From NCBI GenBank assembly GCA_934167365.1, contig CAKPKU010000002.1:1-56833 (forward strand): a DNA stretch of 56,833 nucleotides. The letters are read 5' to 3'. The position numbers and the translations under genes were made by a program. The DNA comes from an uncultured Clostridia bacterium (GTDB taxonomy: Bacteria > Bacillota > Clostridia > TANB77 > CAG-508). Under the pieces are notes generated by a model. The model was not told the DNA's origin. It was given only the letters and a program-made list of their open reading frames with translations, and did no database searches. Of the stretch, positions 20,744 to 29,758 are shown piece after piece. The first letter of the stretch is position 1. Each line of letters opens with the position of its first letter.

Positions 20744-21826
20744 ATGAAAAAAATTGGTATATTAACACACCATTATATTCACAATTATGGAGCTTTTTTA
20801 CAAGGATATGCATTACAAGAGGCGGTAAAAAGTTTATATCCAAATGATGAAGTTTATATGATAGATTTCGTAAATAAAAAACATGCAATAAAAAATACAT
20901 TGGGATGGTTTAGATTTAATCCAAATAAAGATTCAATAAAGTCATATATGCAAAAAATTAAATTACCAAGAATATTTAAAAAAACACAGAAAGAGTATTA
21001 TAATTTAACTAAAAGAATAAAAAATACAGAAGATTTAAACAATCTTAATCTAGATGCAATTATTGTAGGTAGTGATGAGGTATGGCACTATGAAGATATA
21101 GCAAGACATCCAATGAAATTTGGTTATGGAGTGAAAGTTCCTAAACTAATTGCTTATGCACCAAGTACTGGAAGTTCAAATGTAAGAGGAGAAATACCAG
21201 AATATGTGAAGGAAGGAATGAAAAGTTTTACTGGACTTTCAGCAAGAGATGATAATGCAGAAGAACTAATAAAAAATGTATTAGGAAAAGAATGTACAAG
21301 GGTTTTAGATCCCACATTGTTATATGAATTTCCAGAATATAGTAGTAAGTTTGTAGATTATATAAAATCTCAAAAATATATTTTAATGTACTATTGTGAT
21401 AATTTACCAATAGAAATAAGAGAAAGTATTATTAAATATGCAAACAAAAAAGGATATAAAATATTTGGTGCAGGTGAATATAAGAAATGGTTTACTGAAA
21501 CTTTTGTAGATATTGATCCGTTTGAATGGGTGGAGGTTTTTAGAAACGCACAATTTATATTTACTGGTACATTTCATGGAGCAGTTTTTTCAATAAAAAA
21601 CAAGAAAAATTTTTATTGTTATTTATCGAATCAAAGCAGAATTAAAAAGGTTAATTCTTTGTTAAGACAATTTGAAATAGAGGGAAGAGTTTTAAATATG
21701 GATAATTACCAAGGTAAATTTGATATTATCGAAAATAATGATATTAATTATGAAAATGTATATAAAAATATAGAAAAATATAGAGATATTAGTTTAAATT
21801 ATTTGAAGGAGAATATAGAGCAATGA
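20744..21826 (+). CDS. Polysaccharide pyruvyl transferase family protein
   Basis: 360 aa with the motifs IGILTHHYIHNYGAFLQGYAL, VGSDEVW and GTFHGAVFS, which match the PS_pyruv_trans pattern. Confidence 0.8.
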   Translation: MKKIGILTHHYIHNYGAFLQGYALQEAVKSLYPNDEVYMIDFVNKKHAIKNTLGWFRFNPNKDSIKSYMQKIKLPRIFKKTQKEYYNLTKRIKNTEDLNNLNLDAIIVGSDEVWHYEDIARHPMKFGYGVKVPKLIAYAPSTGSSNVRGEIPEYVKEGMKSFTGLSARDDNAEELIKNVLGKECTRVLDPTLLYEFPEYSSKFVDYIKSQKYILMYYCDNLPIEIRESIIKYANKKGYKIFGAGEYKKWFTETFVDIDPFEWVEVFRNAQFIFTGTFHGAVFSIKNKKNFYCYLSNQSRIKKVNSLLRQFEIEGRVLNMDNYQGKFDIIENNDINYENVYKNIEKYRDISLNYLKENIEQ

Positions 21827-22395
21827 TTAAGTCAAAAGAAGATTATAAAGAGTATTTAAGATGTGATCAAATTGCACTTGGAAAAAAATATAAAAAACCT
21901 AAATTAGTTGGTGATGAGATTTGGCGTTTTCAAATTATGATGAGAAAAGCAGAATACTATAAAAATTGTTCAAAAAGTATATTAGGCAAAATATATTCAA
22001 AATGGCTTCAATACAGATATTATAAAATGAGATTAAAATTAGGCTTTTCAATTCCTTTAAATGTATTTGGACCAGGTTTATCAATTGCCCACTATGGTAC
22101 TATTGTCATAAATGGCAATGCTAAGGTAGGTAAAAATTGTAGGATACAAGAGTGTACAACTATTGGAGCTACAAATGGAAGCAAGAAAGCCCCAATATTG
22201 GGTGATAATATTTTTATAGGAAGTGGAGCTAGAATTATAGGAAATGTAACTATTGCTAATAATATTGCAATTGGTGCAAATGCTTTAGTAAATAAGTCTT
22301 TTGTTGATTCTAATATAACTATAGCAGGTGTTCCTGCAAAAAAAATAAGTGATAATAATTCTTTTTCTAATTTAAATTCAAATCTTAATTTTTGA
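21823..22395 (+). CDS. Hexapeptide-repeat O-acetyltransferase (serine acetyltransferase-like)
   Basis: 190 aa with left-handed beta-helix repeats (IGSGARIIGNVTIANNIAIGANALV). It overlaps the upstream gene by 4 nt. Confidence 0.85.
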   Translation: MIKSKEDYKEYLRCDQIALGKKYKKPKLVGDEIWRFQIMMRKAEYYKNCSKSILGKIYSKWLQYRYYKMRLKLGFSIPLNVFGPGLSIAHYGTIVINGNAKVGKNCRIQECTTIGATNGSKKAPILGDNIFIGSGARIIGNVTIANNIAIGANALVNKSFVDSNITIAGVPAKKISDNNSFSNLNSNLNF

Positions 22396-22407
22396 AAGAG
22401 GTATAAT

Positions 22408-23418
22408 ATGATAAAAGTTAGTATTATTATTCCTGTATATGGAGTGGAAAAATATATTAAAAGATGTTTGGAGAGCTTGATAAATCAAACATTAAAAGAA
22501 ATTGAAATTATAATTGTAAATGATGGAACAAAGGATAATAGCATGAAAATATGTAGAGAATATCAGAGTTTAGATTCAAGAATATCAATTTACGAGAAAG
22601 AAAATGAAGGGTTAGGATTGACTAGAAATTATGGTTTAAAATATGCTGTGGGTGAATATGTTGCCTTTTTAGACTCAGATGATTTTATAGATATAGATTT
22701 TTATGAAAAACTATATAATGATGCTAAAAAGAATAATTCAGATGTTTGTTTTACTAATTACAAAATTAAAAAGAGTGATGGAACGGAATTTGTTTCAAAA
22801 AGAAGTAATATTCCATTTGAAGAAAATGTACTAGATAGTAAAACCGTTTTATATAATATAATGCAAATTCCAACAAAAAATCAAAGAAGAAATTTTATAG
22901 GAATGAGTGTTTGGAGAAGTGTATATAGGAAATCATTGATTGATAATAATAATATTTTATTTTGTTCAGAACGTGATTTTATATCTGAAGATATAATTTT
23001 TAACATAGACTTTTTAAGTAAAGCTTCAAAAGTGAGTTTTATAAAAGATACCTACTATTATTATTGCGAAAATCAGCAATCATTAACTCATATATATAGG
23101 AAAGATAGATTTGAAAAACATAAAATATTATATAATGAACTGAAGCGTAAGGCACTTGAACTTGATGATTTTGAGAATATGGAAGTTGGAATATGCAATA
23201 TGTTTATTAATAATGTTAGAGCTGATATAAAGAATGCTTTTAAATATAATTCAGAAAAAGAAGCTAAAAAAGAAGTTGAGAAATTTATAAATGATAGTGA
23301 AGTTAAATATGCATTAAAGAAAAAAAGCAAGGAAGATTTTAGAAAAAACATTTTTGATTTTTCAATGAAATATAGACTTATTTTTTTATTAAAATTATTT
23401 TGTAAAATAGGAAATTAA
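22408..23418 (+). CDS. Glycosyltransferase family 2
   Basis: 336 aa with VSIIIPVYGVEKYI, IIIVNDGTKD and the FLDSDD (DxD) motif. Confidence 0.9.
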   Translation: MIKVSIIIPVYGVEKYIKRCLESLINQTLKEIEIIIVNDGTKDNSMKICREYQSLDSRISIYEKENEGLGLTRNYGLKYAVGEYVAFLDSDDFIDIDFYEKLYNDAKKNNSDVCFTNYKIKKSDGTEFVSKRSNIPFEENVLDSKTVLYNIMQIPTKNQRRNFIGMSVWRSVYRKSLIDNNNILFCSERDFISEDIIFNIDFLSKASKVSFIKDTYYYYCENQQSLTHIYRKDRFEKHKILYNELKRKALELDDFENMEVGICNMFINNVRADIKNAFKYNSEKEAKKEVEKFINDSEVKYALKKKSKEDFRKNIFDFSMKYRLIFLLKLFCKIGN

Positions 23419-23597
23419 AGAAGAGAGTAATTGATATATGTTAAAAAAATAATTTGTACACCAGATGAGTAGTATGCAAAAAAGTATATATTGAAGATCC
23501 AAAAGAAAATGAGATGAGAAATTAAATTATATAATGAAAAGTGAAAAGAAAATTTTAAAAATTAAGAGAAGTTTCTTTAAGGTATAGAAATTGTTCG

Positions 23598-24812
23598 ATG
23601 AAGGGGAAAAAAATGAAAAATTTAAAAATAAAACCAGATGTATGGATATATACAATTTTAATTGCAATATCATTAATATTTGAAAATAAAAAAATAGGAA
23701 ATTGGAGTTTAGCTTATTTTATATCTTTACCGATTATGTTAATTATAATTATCATTTCAATAAAGAAAAATCCTATTATAAAAAAAGATGAATTGAAAAA
23801 TGGATTTGTTTTTTTAGCATTTTCTGTTTTCTTCTCGGCTGTGACTGTATTTTTATATTTTTTACATCCAATATACACAGGAAGCTTTACTAGAGGAATT
23901 TCAAATAATCTTTTTATGTTATTATCAGCAATAATGGCAATATTATTCTTTCATTCAGATAAAGAGAATACTATAAAGGTTTTTTTTAATGCTTGTTGTA
24001 TTGCATATGGTTATGAAATTTTAATATATATATATACTAACGGAATAGAAAATGTTATAAGAAATTATTTTACTAGCAATGAATTAGAAATTCATAAATA
24101 TGGATATATTTTTGGATTATTTATTTTATATTATTTTGCTTTAAAAACAAATAAAGAGTCTTCTGATAAATGGCGAAAGATACTAGCTATCATGTTTTGC
24201 CTTTTAGTAGGAAAAAGAATTGTTGAAGTGGCTGTAATATTTTTGATTATACTTAGTAGAATTTTAAAAAGGTTATCTGTAAAAAAAGTAAGATTTCTTT
24301 CAGTTCTTTTAATTATAGGAATATACTTTTTTATAAATTCGATTCATTCAGGAAGTTTGCAAGAATTAGCAACTAAATATGATATTGACTTTTCCGGAAG
24401 ATTTATTTATTATGATTTAGTAGATAATTATTATGATGTATCAATCGGTTATATTGGTTATGGCATTGGATTTGTAGACAAAATAATGAATAATGCTTTA
24501 AAATCTAATTCAATTTCTTTTTCTGCTGGGCTACATAATGATCTACTAAGGTATTATATTGATTTAGGATTCATTTTCTTTGGATTATGGTGTATATTTT
24601 ACATGATATATTTACCAACTTTCTATGCTAGAGAATATGATAAGAAAATGTACAATATAGTTTTTATAATAATATTATATAATTTCATTAATTATATGGT
24701 AAGTAATTTAACTACATCTTATCATTATAATATGATTTATATAGTCGTAATATTAAATATTGCAAATTATATGAAAAAATATAACAATAAAGGAGAAAAG
24801 GTAAATGGATAA
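23598..24812 (+). CDS. wzy: O-antigen polymerase/ligase-like membrane protein (Wzy-type)
   Basis: About 400 aa with 10 or more TM helices, located in the polysaccharide locus. The likelier start is the ATG at 23613, which follows a GAAGGGG RBS. Confidence 0.65.
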   Translation: MKGKKMKNLKIKPDVWIYTILIAISLIFENKKIGNWSLAYFISLPIMLIIIIISIKKNPIIKKDELKNGFVFLAFSVFFSAVTVFLYFLHPIYTGSFTRGISNNLFMLLSAIMAILFFHSDKENTIKVFFNACCIAYGYEILIYIYTNGIENVIRNYFTSNELEIHKYGYIFGLFILYYFALKTNKESSDKWRKILAIMFCLLVGKRIVEVAVIFLIILSRILKRLSVKKVRFLSVLLIIGIYFFINSIHSGSLQELATKYDIDFSGRFIYYDLVDNYYDVSIGYIGYGIGFVDKIMNNALKSNSISFSAGLHNDLLRYYIDLGFIFFGLWCIFYMIYLPTFYAREYDKKMYNIVFIIILYNFINYMVSNLTTSYHYNMIYIVVILNIANYMKKYNNKGEKVNG

Positions 24813-25806
24813 AATAGATTTTGTTATTTTGTGGGTAGATGGAAATGATCCAATGTGGAAAGAAGAGAAAAATAAATATTCTCCAAAATTAAAGAATGAT
24901 GATAATAATGGAGAAAATAGATTTAGAGATTGGGATAATTTAAAATATTGGTTTAGATCAGTAGAAATCAATGCAAGTTGGGTAAACAGGATTTTTTTCA
25001 TAACATGGGGACATGTGCCTAATTGGCTAAATTTAGAAAATCCAAAATTAAAAGTTGTTAAACATTCAGACTATATTCCAAAAGAATATTTGCCAACATA
25101 CAACTCTAATACTATAGAAATGAATTTATATAGACTTAAAGATCTATCTGAAAACTTTGTTCTTTTTAATGATGATATGTTTATAATGAATAAAACAAAA
25201 CCAGAAGATTTTTTTAAAAATGGCTTACCAGTTGAGATATATTCCGAAAGAATTGCAGAAGTAAATAAACCAAATGATCCATATATACATACTTTGGTAA
25301 ATAACATAGCTATTTTAAATAAGTATTATTTAAAAAAGGAAGTTTATAAAAAGTCACCTTTTAAGTACATTAACTTTAAGTATGGTATAAAAAATAATCT
25401 TTCTACAATAATTTTGTCTAAGTTTAAAAATTTTTCTATGATTGATAATGCTCATGTTGCTGTACCTTTAAAGAAGAGTGTTCTAGAACATATATGGCAA
25501 ATAGAATTTGAAATTTTAAATAATGCTTCAAAGAATAAATTTAGAAATTTAGATGATGTAAGTCAATATTTAATAAGATATTTTCAGTTAGCTTCTGGAA
25601 ACTTTTATCCTAGAAAGTATAAAGAAAGTAAAATGTATAAATTAAAAGATGATAATACATTTATTGGAAGAGATATAGAAAAGAAGAAATATAAATTAGT
25701 TTGTTTTAATGATTCTTTAGATATTATTAACTTTGAGCAAGCAAAAAAAACATTAAATACTTTTTTGAGTAAAAAATATGATATAAAATCTAACTATGAA
25801 ATTTAG
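24805..25806 (+). CDS. Stealth-family sugar-1-phosphate (capsule phosphotransferase-like) protein
   Basis: 333 aa with a CR1-like motif (IDFVILWVDGNDPMW) and a CR2-like motif (RFRDWDNLKYWFRSVE...IFFITWGHVPNWL). It overlaps wzy by 8 nt. Confidence 0.8.
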   Translation: MDKIDFVILWVDGNDPMWKEEKNKYSPKLKNDDNNGENRFRDWDNLKYWFRSVEINASWVNRIFFITWGHVPNWLNLENPKLKVVKHSDYIPKEYLPTYNSNTIEMNLYRLKDLSENFVLFNDDMFIMNKTKPEDFFKNGLPVEIYSERIAEVNKPNDPYIHTLVNNIAILNKYYLKKEVYKKSPFKYINFKYGIKNNLSTIILSKFKNFSMIDNAHVAVPLKKSVLEHIWQIEFEILNNASKNKFRNLDDVSQYLIRYFQLASGNFYPRKYKESKMYKLKDDNTFIGRDIEKKKYKLVCFNDSLDIINFEQAKKTLNTFLSKKYDIKSNYEI

Positions 25807-25836
25807 GAAGTATGTGATGATGAAAGGATAAAATTT

Positions 25837-26964
25837 ATGAAAAATATTTATTTAAATTGTGTATATAAAAGAAACTTGGGTGATGATATTTTTATAAAGA
25901 TTATATGTGAACGTTATAATGATTGTAATTTTCTAATTCCCAATTATAGAAAAGCAGAAATTATTCCTAAAATTAAAAATTTGAAAAACTATAATATTAA
26001 TCAAAATTTATATGAAACATTAGGAAAGTGTACATATAGGATTAACTGTAGAAATCCAATTGATACATTTTTGATTAGAAAATGCGATTATGTAGTAACC
26101 ATTGGCGGTTCAATATTTATGGAAAGCAAAGACTTAAAAAAATATAAGGATTTTTATTGGTATAAGAATTTAGATAGGAAATATTTTATTTTAGGTGCTA
26201 ATATTGGTCCTGTATATACAAAAGAATATATCGATAATATAAAGAAATATATATTAAAGAATGCAGCTGGAATTTGTTTTAGAGATAATAAGTCATTAGA
26301 ATATATAAAAGGAGATTGCAGAAATGCTAAATGTTATCCTGATATTGTGTTTTCTTTAGATATTGAAAGATTTAAACAAGTTAAGAAAAAGAGAAAGGTC
26401 ATTTTTTCAATTATAGATATAAAGTCAAAATCAAAACAAATGAAAAATCCTAAGATAGAAGAGTATGAACAGTTAATATCCAATTTAATTCAAAAATTTC
26501 ATAGTGAAAAATATGAGATTTTAGTTATGTCATTTTGTGAAATAGAGGGCGATAATATATATGTAAAAAAGTTAAAAGAAAAGCATACATATATAAAAGA
26601 ATATTATTATGATGGGAATATTGATGAAGCTTTAAAAGAAATTTCGGAATCGGAAGTAATCGTTGGTACAAGATTTCATGCTAATGTTTTGGGTTTCATA
26701 TTTAATAAGATTGTAATACCTATTATATATAATGATAAGACAAAAAATCTATTAAATGATATAAATTTTCAGGGGACTTTCTTCGATATAAATAATTTAA
26801 ATAAAGATAGTTTTGACAATATTAATATAGAAACAATAAAAAGAGAAAATAGAATATTGGATATTGATTATTTAAGAAAAGAAGCAGAGCATCATTTCGA
26901 TGAACTTGATAAGGTGTTAAAAAATGATAATAATATACAATTAAAAAATAAAAATGATTTATAA
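25837..26964 (+). CDS. Polysaccharide pyruvyl transferase family protein (second copy, divergent)
   Basis: 375 aa with NLGDD, GGSIF, GANIGP, FRD and GTRFHANV motifs. Confidence 0.75.
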   Translation: MKNIYLNCVYKRNLGDDIFIKIICERYNDCNFLIPNYRKAEIIPKIKNLKNYNINQNLYETLGKCTYRINCRNPIDTFLIRKCDYVVTIGGSIFMESKDLKKYKDFYWYKNLDRKYFILGANIGPVYTKEYIDNIKKYILKNAAGICFRDNKSLEYIKGDCRNAKCYPDIVFSLDIERFKQVKKKRKVIFSIIDIKSKSKQMKNPKIEEYEQLISNLIQKFHSEKYEILVMSFCEIEGDNIYVKKLKEKHTYIKEYYYDGNIDEALKEISESEVIVGTRFHANVLGFIFNKIVIPIIYNDKTKNLLNDINFQGTFFDINNLNKDSFDNINIETIKRENRILDIDYLRKEAEHHFDELDKVLKNDNNIQLKNKNDL

Positions 26965-26997
26965 AAGCAGCAAAAAGTGTATAAGGAGATTTAAAAA

Positions 26998-28545
26998 ATG
27001 GAAGAATCAAGAACCAAAAATACAATTCGAAATGTAAAAACTGGTGCAATAGTTCAAATGGTAAACAAAATTATGGCTTTTGTAGTTAGAACAGTTTTTA
27101 TAAAGATGCTAAATACAGAATATTTAGGCGTGAATGGTTTATTTACAAATGTTCTAACAATATTATCGTTTGCTGAATTGGGGATTGGAACAGCTATTAT
27201 TTTTAATATGTATAAACCAGTTGCAGAAAATAATAAAGAAAAAATAAAGAGTTTAATGAAATTATATCAGAAATCGTATAATATGATTGGGATAATTGTA
27301 TTTATATTAGGTTTATGCGTAATACCATTTATGAATATTATAGTAAAAGATGCTCCTAATATAAAAGAAAATCTTATTGTTATATACTTATTATTTTTAT
27401 TTAACACAGCATCATCATATTTCTTTACATATAAAAAATCAATAATATATGCACATCAAAAGCAAAGTATTATTAATAATATAGATAGCATATTTTATTT
27501 AACAAAAAGCGTATTAGAAATTATATTCCTAATATTGACTAAAAATTTCATAGTATATCTTATTATACAAATATTAGGAACATTTATTGAAAATGTTATA
27601 ATTTCAATAAAAGCTGATAGAATGTATCCATACTTGAAAGAAAAGAATGTGAAAAAATTAAATAAGGATGAGAGTAAAAATATCTTTGATAATGTTAAGT
27701 CATTGGTAATATATAAATTTGGTGGAGTTATTATGAATGGAACGGACAACATTCTAATTTCATCACTCGTAAATGTTAGTACAGTCGGAATATGTTCAAA
27801 TTACACATTAATAATAAGTTCAATTAAAACAATCATTTTTTCAGCATTAAACGGCGTTACAGCAAGTGTTGGAAATTTGAATGCTGTTGGAGAGCCAAAG
27901 CAAAAAGAAAAAGTGTTTTATCAAATTACGTTTGTTAATTATATAGTATATTCTTTTTGCGCGATAGCATTTATTGTATTATTAAATCCATTTATAAAAT
28001 TATGGTTAGGACAAGACTATATTTTAGGAATAGCAGTTTCAATTTCATTAGCAGTAAGCTTTTTTGTTGAAGGATTAAGAAATCCAGGATATACGTATAG
28101 AACAACATTGGGATTATTTAAAAAGGCAAAATCTACACCGTATATAGGAGCAATTACAAATATTATACTTTCAATATTGCTTTGTAAGTGTTTTGGTGTT
28201 GCAGGAATATTTATTGCAACAGCAATAGCACAACTTGTATCATATTCATGGATTGATCCATATCTAATCCATAAATATGAGTTTAAGACACCTGTTAGCA
28301 AATATTTCAAGAAGTATGGTATTTATTCAATTGTATTTACTGTTAGCACATGTATAACTTTATTAGTATCACAATTAATTACAATTGAAGGAATTATTGG
28401 ACTTATATTAAAGGCAATAGTTGTTTGTATAATTCCAAACTTAATTAATTTACTAGTATATTATAGAACTGAAGAATTTATAGAACTAAAAATAAAAATA
28501 TTAGATCCAATAATTAATAAAGTTACGAGAAAATTTAAAAAGTAA
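26998..28545 (+). CDS. wzx: Oligosaccharide flippase (Wzx, MOP superfamily)
   Basis: 515 aa with about 14 TM helices and the N-terminus TKNTIRNVKTGAIVQ typical of polysaccharide biosynthesis (Wzx) proteins. Confidence 0.85.
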   Translation: MEESRTKNTIRNVKTGAIVQMVNKIMAFVVRTVFIKMLNTEYLGVNGLFTNVLTILSFAELGIGTAIIFNMYKPVAENNKEKIKSLMKLYQKSYNMIGIIVFILGLCVIPFMNIIVKDAPNIKENLIVIYLLFLFNTASSYFFTYKKSIIYAHQKQSIINNIDSIFYLTKSVLEIIFLILTKNFIVYLIIQILGTFIENVIISIKADRMYPYLKEKNVKKLNKDESKNIFDNVKSLVIYKFGGVIMNGTDNILISSLVNVSTVGICSNYTLIISSIKTIIFSALNGVTASVGNLNAVGEPKQKEKVFYQITFVNYIVYSFCAIAFIVLLNPFIKLWLGQDYILGIAVSISLAVSFFVEGLRNPGYTYRTTLGLFKKAKSTPYIGAITNIILSILLCKCFGVAGIFIATAIAQLVSYSWIDPYLIHKYEFKTPVSKYFKKYGIYSIVFTVSTCITLLVSQLITIEGIIGLILKAIVVCIIPNLINLLVYYRTEEFIELKIKILDPIINKVTRKFKK

Positions 28546-28642
28546 GATAAGAATACAATAATTCGACAAAAGCGAAATTAATATATAAAAATCTATGGTA
28601 TCATAAGGAATAACCCATAAAGATGTCAAGAAGTGTATGTGT

Positions 28643-28913
28643 ATGGATAAATATGATTATAATATAGTAGACAAAATTATAAGAAGAAAAGTAGATAAAG
28701 TAGATATATATAACTATTTCTTCACAAGAAAGCAAATAGAAACTTTTGAAAAATTGAAGATGAATTGTATGCAATATATGATTTTGATCAAAAAAAAAGT
28801 GAGCTATTAAAAATAACAAAGCAAACCATAAATAATATAGTTATAACATTAGAAGAACACAACGAAATTGTTAATATAATTTATATGAATATAAATTATA
28901 AAAGAATACAGTA
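28643..28913 (+). pseudogene. Frameshifted small HTH-like regulator
   Basis: Frame 1 reads MDKYDYNIVDKIIRRKVDKVDIYNYFFTRKQIETFEK and then runs into a stop at 28808-28810. A second frame opens at the GAAAAATT run and reads KIEDELYAIYDFDQKKSELLKITKQTINNIVITLEEHNEIV...RIQ*, ending at 28913. Joined, the two give about 90 aa with a helix-turn-helix-like segment. Confidence 0.45.
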
Positions 28914-28949
28914 AAGGTATATTAATTTCTAACTTTACTGTATTTTTTT
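28907..28949 (+). terminator. Rho-independent terminator
   Basis: ACAGTAAAG...CTTTACTGT followed by T8. Confidence 0.75.
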
Positions 28950-29086
28950 TGTGCTCTTCCAAATATAAAATCATAGTACTCGTAAATTTTCTAGGGGGAA
29001 TTACTTGATTTGAAGTATACCAGAAAAAAATAATATTCAAAAATTCCACATTAGAAAAGCGTAGCATTGGAGAAATAGCAGATTAA

Positions 29087-29638
29087 ACAGCCCATTGTAC
29101 ATTTTTTAGCTCTACACCGTGCAATTGTGCTGAAATAGAATATGTTTCTTTTAATAAAAAATGTCATCTAATTAATAACAATGAAACTTATGATGTAGAA
29201 CACGGAAAAGATATATACATGAAAGCATTTTTAAGCAATATAGCTCTTTGTGACTCTTGCACAAATTGCAAGTTTAAAAAAGAAAACAGAGCATCTGACA
29301 TTACATTAGCTGATTTTTGGGGAATTAATAATATAAGACCAGATATGAATGATGAAAAAGGAACATCATTAGTAATAGTTAACTCTGAAAAAGGCAAGTT
29401 ATTATTCGAAGAAATCTCAAATATAATAAAAAGCGAAGAGGTAGACTTTCACACAGCAATAAAACCAAATCCAAGCATGAATACCGTATCACCAAGAAAT
29501 AGTAAAAACGATGAATTTTTTGCCGATATTAATAAAATACCTTTTGATGAACTAGTAAAAAAATATATACCAGAGCCATCAATTGCAAAAAAGGTGATGA
29601 GTAAAATGAAGAGGATTGTTAAAAAAATATTAAAATAA
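29087..29638 (+). pseudogene. Truncated FrhB-like (F420 hydrogenase beta-like) gene remnant
   Basis: Only the C-terminal part is present. ...CDSCTNCKFKKENRASDITLADFWGINNIRPDMNDEKGTSLVIVNSEKG aligns by eye with ...CYQCHYTNCNRVSNITLADYWGISGIHPDFYKEEGNSLILINDKKG of the intact copy at 18445-19632. The ferredoxin N-terminus is missing. Confidence 0.75.
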
Positions 29639-29758
29639 ATTGAAAACATGGAATATTGAAAAATATTCTGTGTTTTTTATTTTTTCGACAAATTGTGACA
29701 AATTTTTCAAAAGATTAGAGCTAAAGTAGATATATTAATTATAGAAGGAGTAGATTTT

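Noticed and set aside
28601-29067. Minus-strand ORFs 28601-28819 and 28849-29067
   Set aside because: They are antisense to the frameshifted HTH remnant and to intergenic DNA, encode low-complexity products and have no RBS.
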